Below are positions 1 through 6,965 of a stretch of 11,733 nt of DNA, piece after piece (position 1 is the first letter of the stretch; each line of letters starts with the position of its first letter). The position numbers were made by a program, and so were the translations under genes. This DNA comes from a virus. Its lineage: Duplodnaviria; Heunggongvirae; Uroviricota; Caudoviricetes. A model generated the notes under the pieces. That model searched no databases and was not told the origin of the DNA. It saw only the letters and a program-made list of their open reading frames with translations. The DNA lies in IMG/VR virus record IMGVR_UViG_2671180643_000016, positions 1 to 11,733 of that record; one strand, given 5' to 3'.

Positions 1-1257
1 GTGCTTACCGATACAAAATTAAAAAACCTCAAGCCGCAGGACAAACTGTACAAGGTCTCCGATCGTGACGGGCTGTATGTAGCTGTGCTTACGTCAGGCA
101 CGGTCTCGTTTCGCTATGACTACCGTATCAACGGTCGCCGCGAAACACTGGTAATCGGGCAGTATGGGCGTGACGGTATCAGCCTGGCAGAAGCGCGAGA
201 AGAACTGATTGCTGCAAAGAAGCTGCTTAAAGCAGGCCAGTCACCGGCTGCGGCTAAACGTGACGGTATCAAAAAGATTCGTGGTGCCGAGACGTTTGCG
301 GTACATACCGACAGTTATATGAAACACGTCATCCTGGCTGACAGTACCCGCGCAATGAAACAGGCGGTGATCGACCGTGACATACTTCCGGTTCTTGGCA
401 ATAAAATGATGGCTGAAATTACCACATCGATGGTTCGTGATTTGTGTGACCGGATTGTCGAACGCGGTGGCCGGGCAACAGCAGTGCAGGCCAGGGAGAT
501 CATCAGTAGCGTATACCGTCACGCCAATGACCGTGGTCATGGTTTGTTTAATCCTGCGGCTGACATTAAACCTTCGTCTATCGCCATATTTAAACCACGA
601 GAGCGAACACTGACACCAGAAGAAACTGGCCTGTTCTTCCGCACGCTGGATGCCATTGGTGCTATGGGCACTATGAAAATGGCTTTAAAACTGGTGCTTA
701 TCACTATGGTTCGTAAGGGCGAATTCACCAATGCAACGTGGGATGAAATAGATTTTAAAAAATGGACATGGACAATTCCTCCAGACCGCATGAAGGGAAG
801 CCGGGCGCACGTTATTTACCTGCCTAAACAGGCACAGGATATATTGGTCGGGTTGCAGATGTGCGCTGGTGGAAGTGAATATCTGGTTCCTGGTCGTTAC
901 AATTTCTGGAAGCCATTATCTAATGCCGCGCTGAACTCTCTGATCGACAGAACGGTGAAAATAATAAATGAAGATGGTGAGCATATTCAGGACTTCACTG
1001 TACATGATATGCGCCGTACAGCCAGTACGTTGTTGCATGAGGCTGGTTATCCTTCAGACTGGATTGAAAAGGCTCTGGCACATGAGCAGAAAGGTGTGCG
1101 CGCCGTATATAACAAAGCGGAATACGCCAGACAGCGCGCCTACATGTTGCAGCAGTGGGCCGATATGATTGATTCCTGGATTAACGGGGAGCATACGGAT
1201 CTGATTCCGTTCTCCCCGTCGAAGTTTGAGAAGTGGATGGAAGACAGTAATAAATAA
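1..1257 (+). CDS. int: Tyrosine recombinase / phage integrase (P4-type); may be 5'-truncated by the window edge (ORF opens with GTG at position 1)
   Basis: 418-aa ORF with N-terminal arm-binding-like region (LTDTKLKNLKP...), catalytic-domain motifs TMVRKGE, HDMRRTASTLL (H-x-x-R) and a C-terminal Tyr region (VRAVYNKAEY). Stop TAA at 1255-1257. Confidence 0.9.
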   Translation: MLTDTKLKNLKPQDKLYKVSDRDGLYVAVLTSGTVSFRYDYRINGRRETLVIGQYGRDGISLAEAREELIAAKKLLKAGQSPAAAKRDGIKKIRGAETFAVHTDSYMKHVILADSTRAMKQAVIDRDILPVLGNKMMAEITTSMVRDLCDRIVERGGRATAVQAREIISSVYRHANDRGHGLFNPAADIKPSSIAIFKPRERTLTPEETGLFFRTLDAIGAMGTMKMALKLVLITMVRKGEFTNATWDEIDFKKWTWTIPPDRMKGSRAHVIYLPKQAQDILVGLQMCAGGSEYLVPGRYNFWKPLSNAALNSLIDRTVKIINEDGEHIQDFTVHDMRRTASTLLHEAGYPSDWIEKALAHEQKGVRAVYNKAEYARQRAYMLQQWADMIDSWINGEHTDLIPFSPSKFEKWMEDSNK

Positions 1258-1259
1258 TT

Positions 1260-1919
1260 CTATCCTTCTTGGATTTTGATAAGCGTCAGATTTCCGCAGA
1301 ACACTGCCACTGTGTCGATGTACATCTGGTTTGCATATACCAGTGGGTGATGTGCTGGCGTATGACCGAAGATGAACAGATCGGCACCGGTTATCTCCGA
1401 GACAATACCGTCCTGCGCGTCGCTAATCCGCTCACGATTCCATATCACCATTTCTTCTGGTACTGGCTTATTGAATGCGTATTCGTTGTGCGGGTAGTCT
1501 GCGTGGCAGATGACGACCTTCTTATTGCCGGTAACCAGTTCGATAATCATCGGGAGGTTGGTAATCTTTGGCAGAAGGTATTTGAGTTGCACATCCTGCT
1601 CAGAATCAAGTTGGTGCCACCATCCACCGCCGTTTGACATCCAATGTCCGAAACTTCCGCCGTTGACCAGTGCATCCAGCATCATCTGCTCATGGTTGCC
1701 ACGAACAGCTCGGAACCACGGCATAGCAATCAAATCCAGGCATTCGACGTTTTCAGCGCCGCGGTCAACAAGGTCACCAACGGAAATAAGCAAATCGCGC
1801 GCCGGGTCGAATGAAACTTTGTCGAGTTCGTTCATCAGCAGCGTGTAGCACCCATGCAGATCGCCGACGACGAAGATATTGCACCAGTCAGCGCCATTGA
1901 TGCGTTGATATAGGTTCAT
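1260..1919 (-). CDS. Ser/Thr protein phosphatase, lambda PPase-like metallophosphoesterase
   Basis: Metallophosphoesterase motifs GDLHG, GDLVDRG, GNHE and a C-terminal GHTP; the translation aligns along its length with my recollection of lambda phosphatase. Start ATG 1919 overlaps the upstream stop (ATGA); SD-like GGGAG upstream. The ORF-track start at 2039 is an upstream extension. Confidence 0.85.
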   Translation of the reverse strand: MNLYQRINGADWCNIFVVGDLHGCYTLLMNELDKVSFDPARDLLISVGDLVDRGAENVECLDLIAMPWFRAVRGNHEQMMLDALVNGGSFGHWMSNGGGWWHQLDSEQDVQLKYLLPKITNLPMIIELVTGNKKVVICHADYPHNEYAFNKPVPEEMVIWNRERISDAQDGIVSEITGADLFIFGHTPAHHPLVYANQMYIDTVAVFCGNLTLIKIQEG

Positions 1920-2566
1920 GCAGCACGCTCCCGCCCCTGGTTGTCTGTTGGTGACAGCGGAGCATTGCTGAATGCATTTGTTAATCTGGCAATATCCAAC
2001 GCGTATCCAGGGTGTAGTTGCACTGCCGGGTCTTCGCACTGATTACCCCAAACATCGAAACCATGAGACGACTGGCGAGCGAACAGTTCAATGCGAGAAA
2101 CATCGCCTAACAATTGCACAAGTTTTTCACGAACGATATCTGGTTTTCTTGAATGCTCAAGCCGCGGTGCGGTAAATGACTGAACGATCCCTGCATTAAT
2201 GCGCGTAGGTAGTTTTCCCTTTACCGCAAACAGGCAATCTTCACTATTGGCGCGAGTCATGTGCCCCATACCCATAACCAGTTTATCTGGTTGTCGACTA
2301 CCACATTTTATCCACGTGAAGCCCTTCATGGTCATCAGACGGAATCCCCAGGCTTCAACAACTTTTAGCGCTTCGAGTGGTTGTGTTGGCACCCACCACA
2401 TGGCCAACAGACAGTTTTCATCGGCCAAATCCCACACAGGAAGGCGGCAGATATCCAGCACACTCATAACCGGATATTTAAAACCGGCACCGCGATTACC
2501 ATCTGCGGCTTTGTCACGATGTGTCCAAGGCGGATCTGCATAGATTAGTGTGTATTTCTTAGTCAT
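1916..2566 (-). CDS. DNA N6-adenine methyltransferase, MT-A70-like (orphan, phage Dam-type)
   Basis: 216-aa ORF with the catalytic DPPW motif near the N-terminus ([10 protein letters not shown]), typical of MT-A70/beta-class amino-methyltransferases. SD-like GGGGTGG upstream of ATG 2566. No adjacent restriction endonuclease candidate. Confidence 0.75.
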   Translation of the reverse strand: MTKKYTLIYADPPWTHRDKAADGNRGAGFKYPVMSVLDICRLPVWDLADENCLLAMWWVPTQPLEALKVVEAWGFRLMTMKGFTWIKCGSRQPDKLVMGMGHMTRANSEDCLFAVKGKLPTRINAGIVQSFTAPRLEHSRKPDIVREKLVQLLGDVSRIELFARQSSHGFDVWGNQCEDPAVQLHPGYALDIARLTNAFSNAPLSPTDNQGRERAA

Positions 2567-2825
2567 AAACCACCCCGCAACATCCTATACCGCTATAGTC
2601 TCCACGGCGAAGGCCGTTACCTTTTGTGATACATTGGTCCCTGCGAACCGCGATCCTTGCACGCTCAACATCACCAGAAGCAACATCCATACACTGAAGC
2701 CAAAGGTGAGCGGCAATGCGGAACTGCCCCTTTTTCTCTCTTTCAATCGCGCGTTTTTCGATCTCTATCGCCGCAGGAGTAACGGCGACAATCTTTGACG
2801 GACTGCGCATTGAAACCTTATTCAT
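2559..2825 (-). CDS. Hypothetical protein (88 aa from ATG 2825; the ORF extends to 2858 with a GTG start)
   Basis: Open frame between xis and the methyltransferase in the same orientation, with its stop overlapping the methyltransferase start by 8 nt. No recognisable motifs and a weak RBS. Confidence 0.35.
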   Translation of the reverse strand: MNKVSMRSPSKIVAVTPAAIEIEKRAIEREKKGQFRIAAHLWLQCMDVASGDVERARIAVRRDQCITKGNGLRRGDYSGIGCCGVVYD

Positions 2826-2967
2826 GTGATATTTTTCAAGTCGGCTTAACTTTCTCACTTAATCCAACCCTCTCTGAAAATTAATGCCAGCAGATAAAGC
2901 CATGCTGAAACAGAGGCCAGGAATAAGTACCATCCTGACCATTTGATCCAGTGCCTTAGCAGCGCAC

Positions 2968-3216
2968 TCATGCAGCGTTGCTCACGGGACGATATACACG
3001 TTGCTGAACAGGAGGTTTTTTACCCTGGAACTCTGCCGGGCTTGCTGCCTGACGTTCATCAAGCCAACGCTCAACTTCGTCACGGTTCCATGCGCAGCGT
3101 TTGTCAGTGATATACCAGCGTTTAGGAAATTCCCCTGCGCGCTCCATACGGTCGATAGTGCTCCATGACAGTGGCACCACCGCCAGGAGTTCCTTCTTAC
3201 CTAATGCACCTTTCAT
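2968..3216 (-). CDS. xis: AlpA-family excisionase / DNA-binding regulator
   Basis: 82-aa ORF with an AlpA/Xis-type HTH signature (LSWSTIDRMERAGEFPKRWYITDKRCAWNRDEVERWL). SD GAGAGG upstream of ATG 3216. Position matches lambdoid xis (between recombination genes and the integration end). Confidence 0.75.
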   Translation of the reverse strand: MKGALGKKELLAVVPLSWSTIDRMERAGEFPKRWYITDKRCAWNRDEVERWLDERQAASPAEFQGKKPPVQQRVYRPVSNAA

Positions 3217-3265
3217 AAATACCTCTCTTGGTTGCAGTGCGGCGCGCGTGGCGCCGCGGTGGTGG

Positions 3266-4207
3266 TTACATAGATGTTTCGTTTAATTCTTCCCGACGAA
3301 CGCTGTAAACGTCGGTGGCTTTTGCCAGCAGTTCGTCATCATCTGAAAGTTTTTGTGCAATGTATTTGTAAGCCTTATCCAGTTCGGAGACAGTGCTGTA
3401 ATTCATCGCTGCGCTGGTAAAGGCCATCAGCATTTCTTCTGGATCACGGCTATCCGCTTTACGCGTTTGCTCATCAGGCTTTTTCACTGTTTTAGCGTTG
3501 ATCAGACTATTCATTCCCGCAGCCGTAGTTGTTTGCGGAGTAATGTCTCGCTCAACGCGCGGTGCCGTTTCCTGTAATTCGTCAGGTGTATAGACGCCCA
3601 TGATTACGTCAGGACAGTGCAAGCGAGACCAGCGTTTTGTCGCAAGGTATGCGAGTTGTTGTTTCGGATCGCTGGCCCAAAGTGTGGAGTTTCTTACCTG
3701 TGCCTGAGACAGCATTAACTCGAGCACTCGAGGTTGATCCTCTCCCTTCATGGTTGCCCATACGCGAACACCGCAGCCTTCTTCGTCTTTTATAGTCCAG
3801 CCTGGTGCGATATACGGATTGCCGTTTTTGGATGTTTTCTCAACAAACTTACCGATCACGCGTTCCCACGGCCCGAACCACTCGTAGTTGATGCGATCTT
3901 TTGTTGGCGACATTGTTGAGATAACTGCGTTTACTAATTGGGCTTCATAACCTAGCGTGCCGTTCACAACATGGGTTTTCTGAGCCACGGCAAACGGGTT
4001 CATTCCCCACTGCGCAGCCTGCATTGCCACGGCCATGCAATCAGCTGGTTTCCCGGCGAGGTGCGCCGGTACCGTTACGCGGCTTTGCGCCATTACCTCG
4101 GCGAATTTCATCAGTTGGTTCAAGCCGTCTGGGCTGAAAATAGTTGCAGCAGTGCCAGCGATTGCTGTGTCTACTGGTGCGTTGATGTTTGCGATGTTGT
4201 TGCTCAT
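3266..4207 (-). CDS. bet: Single-strand annealing protein, Red-beta/Bet-like (RecT/Red-beta superfamily)
   Basis: 313-aa ORF. Several segments resemble lambda Bet as I recall it (QWGMNPF vs QYGLNPW; LWASDPKQQL vs PWQSHPKRML; shared ERDITP). Start ATG overlaps the exonuclease stop (ATGA at 4204-4207); SD AGGA upstream. Confidence 0.75.
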   Translation of the reverse strand: MSNNIANINAPVDTAIAGTAATIFSPDGLNQLMKFAEVMAQSRVTVPAHLAGKPADCMAVAMQAAQWGMNPFAVAQKTHVVNGTLGYEAQLVNAVISTMSPTKDRINYEWFGPWERVIGKFVEKTSKNGNPYIAPGWTIKDEEGCGVRVWATMKGEDQPRVLELMLSQAQVRNSTLWASDPKQQLAYLATKRWSRLHCPDVIMGVYTPDELQETAPRVERDITPQTTTAAGMNSLINAKTVKKPDEQTRKADSRDPEEMLMAFTSAAMNYSTVSELDKAYKYIAQKLSDDDELLAKATDVYSVRREELNETSM

Positions 4208-5025
4208 ATGTACATATCCTGTTTACGTGCCCAGTCAGGGCGTTTAATAATTTCCACGCCACCCCATTCATCATTGATGCGGCATTCGTGATAGGTATTC
4301 AGATCCCGGCGGAACAGAGCGTGCCCGGTATCGACATCCTTCGCATCCAGCTCGAACACGCGTACCGGATACCGACCACAATCAATGCTTTCGCTCACGG
4401 CAAGAAAGAAAAAACCATGCGGCTGACCAGTAACCCTCATTGCGCCTTCACGGTACATTGCGTCCTGCACGTGGTAGCGGAATTCCTCGATGTGGCGAGC
4501 AAAACGATCCATATCTGCAACCTTTTTCACGTCGACGATTACGTTGTGCTCGTTCAGCCATTTGTCTGGACGAATTCGGCACAACTCACCCGTCTCTTCA
4601 TCGTTCCAGTACATTGATGCTTCGCAGTAACCAGGTGCTTCCAGCATCCAGCGTGCCGCCGGGTGAGCCATTGCGCTATCACGCATCAGCTCCAGTTTTC
4701 GCCACTGCTCTGCATCAAGTACCGAAATCCCCATATCCGCTACATCACGAATAAATGCCTCTTCGTCAGCTTTACCTTGTTTTGTCCGACGATCGAATTT
4801 CGGTGAAACGATGAAGCGTTTGTCAAACTCTCTAGGTTCCAGAAGCAGACAGTGCAGAGCAGTACCCATATCCAGTGCAGACTTATTCTCTTCGTCTTCC
4901 GGAGCGGCCTTCACCCATTTCAGAAGGGCAGGGTTCTTAGCCACCATATCTAGCTGCGACTTACTCACGCCGTCACCGGCGTGGTAGTCCTCGTTGCTGA
5001 TATCGAAATAAATTCCCGGATTCAT
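4204..5025 (-). CDS. RecE-like exonuclease (PD-(D/E)XK fold), partner of the annealase
   Basis: 273-aa ORF with a GIYFDISNEDYH N-terminal signature, a D-x-K core (VIVDVKKV) followed by FRYHVQDAMYREG and a C-terminal YHEC, consistent with the RecE C-terminal nuclease-domain family. Start overlaps the upstream stop (ATGA at 5022-5025). Confidence 0.75.
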   Translation of the reverse strand: MNPGIYFDISNEDYHAGDGVSKSQLDMVAKNPALLKWVKAAPEDEENKSALDMGTALHCLLLEPREFDKRFIVSPKFDRRTKQGKADEEAFIRDVADMGISVLDAEQWRKLELMRDSAMAHPAARWMLEAPGYCEASMYWNDEETGELCRIRPDKWLNEHNVIVDVKKVADMDRFARHIEEFRYHVQDAMYREGAMRVTGQPHGFFFLAVSESIDCGRYPVRVFELDAKDVDTGHALFRRDLNTYHECRINDEWGGVEIIKRPDWARKQDMYI

Positions 5026-5321
5026 GCCGCGTCCCTCTGCCCATCAATCTGATCAGCCAGATCCCAGCGGGCGATAATTGCCATTGCCTCGCGCCGGTAG
5101 GCATCCATTAGTTCTTCGAACTCAGGGCTGTCTTTAGCGGCCTCCAGTACTTCCTGGCGAACGCCTTTAACTGTTACAACGTCGAAAGTTGATGCCAGTT
5201 GATGAAGCCGGATACTCTCAATCAGTTCAACTTGTCGGTCATATAGCTGTTCTGACAGGCGGTAGTCCTTGTCGAATGCCAGCATGATTTTTTGAAGATT
5301 TTTCTGCTGATTAACGTTCAT
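5022..5321 (-). CDS. Hypothetical acidic helical protein (99 aa from ATG 5321)
   Basis: Strong SD GGGAGGG immediately upstream of ATG 5321; the ORF-track start at 5336 is an upstream extension. Sits directly upstream of the exonuclease in the leftward operon. Function unknown; a Gam/Abc-like nuclease inhibitor is only a positional guess. Confidence 0.5.
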   Translation of the reverse strand: MNVNQQKNLQKIMLAFDKDYRLSEQLYDRQVELIESIRLHQLASTFDVVTVKGVRQEVLEAAKDSPEFEELMDAYRREAMAIIARWDLADQIDGQRDAA

Positions 5322-5323
5322 TA

Positions 5324-5476
5324 TCAGCCCTCCCATATCTCGTTATCGTTGGCCACATCGCGAGCTTCTTTGCTGACGAAAGCCCACTTAATGCCTTCCT
5401 GTAAGGTGCGGAACTTCCAGCTCATGAATCCGCATGCAGTAACGCAGTACCAACCGTTGATGATTTTCCACTGCAT
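5324..5476 (-). CDS. Small protein (50 aa), first gene of the leftward operon; absent from the ORF track because it is under 60 aa
   Basis: Hand translation from ATG 5476: MQWKIINGWYCVTACGFMSWKFRTLQEGIKWAFVSKEARDVANDNEIWEG, stop TGA 5324-5326. SD GAGGT 8 nt upstream. Its stop and the next start are arranged as TGATAATGA. Hydrophobic N-terminal half. Confidence 0.4.
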   Translation of the reverse strand: MQWKIINGWYCVTACGFMSWKFRTLQEGIKWAFVSKEARDVANDNEIWEG

Positions 5477-5494
5477 AATTTGTTACCTCGGTCT

Positions 5495-5573
5495 GTTACC
5501 GTTGAGGTAATGATTATGCGTATTTGGTTTGATGTCAATAGATATGAGTTAAAAAAATTACCCATAAGGTAAT
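5495..5573 (-). promoter_or_regulatory. pL-like leftward promoter with two flanking 17-bp operator palindromes
   Basis: Minus-strand -35 TTGACA (5533-5538) with a -10-like CATAAT/TAATCA 14-16 bp downstream. Flanked by GTTACCGTTGAGGTAAT (5495-5511) and ATTACCCATAAGGTAAT (5557-5573); operator centres 62 bp apart. Confidence 0.55.
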
Positions 5574-5580
5574 CTTGATG

Positions 5581-5608
5581 GCAATAAAAAAGCCGCCATG
5601 AGGCGGCT
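5581..5608 (-). terminator. Rho-independent terminator downstream of the repressor gene
   Basis: On the minus strand: stem AGCCGCC, loop UCAU, stem GGCGGCU, followed by UUUUUUAUU; lies 22 bp downstream of the repressor stop (5630-5632). Confidence 0.6.
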
Positions 5609-5629
5609 TACTTACTGAAAAATATGATT

Positions 5630-6214
5630 TTATTGTTTGTTTTTTTCGTTCTGGTTGATGACAAATTCAATGTAACTTTCGATCTTTGCTTTCTCGGGTT
5701 CGGGTAACAATGCGTAGCGCGAGCGGTCATAGTTGATGGTCGCAGGGTCGTGCGGGTGAATCAGTAATTCATAGCCGTGACGCCCGAATGCGGATGCAAC
5801 ATTCTCCAGGGTGGAAATGGAAACGCTGACCTCATTGTTTAACAGGCGGCTGATTGTTACCTGGGCGACGCCGGATGCGCGGTGAAGTTTTCCCTGCGTT
5901 GAAAGGTCGCGGCTTTCGCTCATCCAGCGTTCCAGGTTGTGAGCCGCCAGCTGACCAATGTCGCTTGGGCCGACAGGCTGAAAACCTTCCTGAGAAAGCG
6001 AGCGATCGATATCAAGCCAGTTACGGGGTTTATTGGCGGCAGCTTCAATTTTTCGCGCAACCTGGTCGCCGATAACCTTCTTGCCAAGAGCCCAGCGGTT
6101 TACCAGATTTGCCTGAGTTCCAAGTTTTTCTGCCATCCGCGTCTGAACACCATTGAATTCACGGTCGATCAAGTCGTTGAGATTTTGCCTGCGGACGTCC
6201 TGGATACTTTTCAT
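5630..6214 (-). CDS. Prophage repressor, XRE-type HTH, with a second HTH-like segment and no S24 peptidase domain
   Basis: 194-aa ORF. N-terminal HTH (QTRMAEKLGTQANLVNRWALGKK) resembles 434/P22-type repressors; C-terminal half has another HTH-like stretch (VAQVTISRLLNNEVSVSISTLENVASAFG) and no Ser-Lys/GDSM autocleavage signature. Divergent from the Cro-like gene across an operator region. Confidence 0.7.
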   Translation of the reverse strand: MKSIQDVRRQNLNDLIDREFNGVQTRMAEKLGTQANLVNRWALGKKVIGDQVARKIEAAANKPRNWLDIDRSLSQEGFQPVGPSDIGQLAAHNLERWMSESRDLSTQGKLHRASGVAQVTISRLLNNEVSVSISTLENVASAFGRHGYELLIHPHDPATINYDRSRYALLPEPEKAKIESYIEFVINQNEKNKQ

Positions 6215-6268
6215 TTTCTGGAAAATCGCCTCATATATGAATCAGTAGATGATTCAATTTAAAGCAAT

Positions 6269-6333
6269 ATTACCCAACAGGTAAATGCACCCCATAGGTA
6301 ACTATCCTTGATTTTTGTTACCTTATGGGTGAA
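6269..6333. promoter_or_regulatory. OR-like tripartite operator region with divergent promoters
   Basis: Three 17-bp sites of the ATTACC-N5-GGTAAT family: ATTACCCAACAGGTAAA (6269-6285), weaker TGCACCCCATAGGTAAC (6286-6302), GTTACCTTATGGGTGAA (6317-6333). Candidate rightward promoter -35 TTGTTA (6315-6320), 17-bp spacer, -10 TATTAT (6338-6343). Confidence 0.55.
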
Positions 6334-6368
6334 TATTTATTATCTGAAATAAATATCAGGCAATAGCT

Positions 6369-6599
6369 ATGAGCGATAACGGACATTTCGATTTCAAAAA
6401 GCACTGGCTTGCACTTACTCCGGATGAGCGTGAAGCCTTCGCACAGGAAGCCGGAACGACGAGTCACTATATCCAGACTCACTTAACAGGTAAGCGCAAA
6501 ATGCCAGGTAAGGTATTGATGAATGGGCTTTTTAAAGCCTGTAAAACAAGACAATGGCTGCGCTCAAAAGCAGAACTGGCATACTTCTTCTACTCATGA
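6369..6599 (+). CDS. Cro-like small DNA-binding regulator (putative)
   Basis: 76-aa ORF divergent from the repressor, directly downstream of the operators, with a possible HTH (REAFAQEAGTTSHYIQTHL). AGG 8 nt upstream of the ATG; followed by a terminator. Confidence 0.55.
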   Translation: MSDNGHFDFKKHWLALTPDEREAFAQEAGTTSHYIQTHLTGKRKMPGKVLMNGLFKACKTRQWLRSKAELAYFFYS

Positions 6600-6620
6600 T
6601 ATCCAGCCACAACCCTCTGT

Positions 6621-6644
6621 AGACCGCCATCCGGCGGTCTTTTC
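6621..6644 (+). terminator. Rho-independent terminator after the Cro-like gene (tR1-like position)
   Basis: Stem AGACCGCC (6621-6628), loop ATCC, stem GGCGGTCT (6633-6640), then TTTT. Confidence 0.6.
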
Positions 6645-6749
6645 ATATCTATTCGCACCTCAAAGGTAATAAAAAACCAAATGTGGTTGATCTTTTTTTT
6701 GTGTCAGCACAAAATGACCGTAATCCCAATACTAATAACAGGGCTTACC

Positions 6750-6950
6750 ATGGAAATCATTACACGTATTGATGCCGCAAAGCGCGGACTTAAACGCTAC
6801 TACACCGGAAAACAATGTAAGCACGGACATGACAGTGAACGCTGGGTTTACAACGGGCACTGTGTTGAGTGCACCATGGAATCAAACCGTCGCATCAGGG
6901 CAGAGATTAAGCAGATCATGATTAATTCCTCCCCACAACACTCAAGCTGA
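6750..6950 (+). CDS. Hypothetical Cys/His-rich small protein (66 aa), possible zinc-binding, in the cII position
   Basis: ATG 6750 with AGGG 8 nt upstream; motif C-K-H-G-H ... H-C-V-E-C suggests a zinc ribbon. The ORF-track start at 6681 lacks an RBS. Confidence 0.45.
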   Translation: MEIITRIDAAKRGLKRYYTGKQCKHGHDSERWVYNGHCVECTMESNRRIRAEIKQIMINSSPQHSS

Positions 6951-6965
6951 TAGCGGAGATTAATC

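Noticed and set aside
241-791. Three minus-strand ORFs (241..540, 315..503, 537..791) inside the integrase gene
   Set aside because: They overlap the integrase frame, which has clear tyrosine-recombinase motifs; they have no RBS or recognisable features.
1269-2543. Plus-strand ORFs (1269..1637, 1510..1848, 1972..2175, 2199..2543) opposite the phosphatase and MT-A70 genes
   Set aside because: Antisense to motif-supported genes; translations are low-complexity with no RBS.
2825-2858. Longer GTG-initiated version of the 2559..2858 ORF
   Set aside because: The first codon on the minus strand is GTG with no RBS; the internal ATG at 2825 was preferred, but the ORF itself is low-confidence.
5483-5510. 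Inverted repeat TTACCTC...GAGGTAA first read as an SD-sequestering hairpin for the small first ORF
   Set aside because: The same bases form a 17-bp operator-family palindrome (5495-5511) with conserved spacing to the second operator and the -35 element; the operator explanation is more parsimonious, though RNA pairing is not excluded.
6675-6700. A-tract/T-tract hairpin (AACCA-AATG-TGGTT followed by T8) as a second terminator after the Cro-like gene
   Set aside because: The stem is only 5 bp and AT-rich; it may simply be AT-rich spacer DNA. The upstream hairpin at 6621-6644 is the better terminator.
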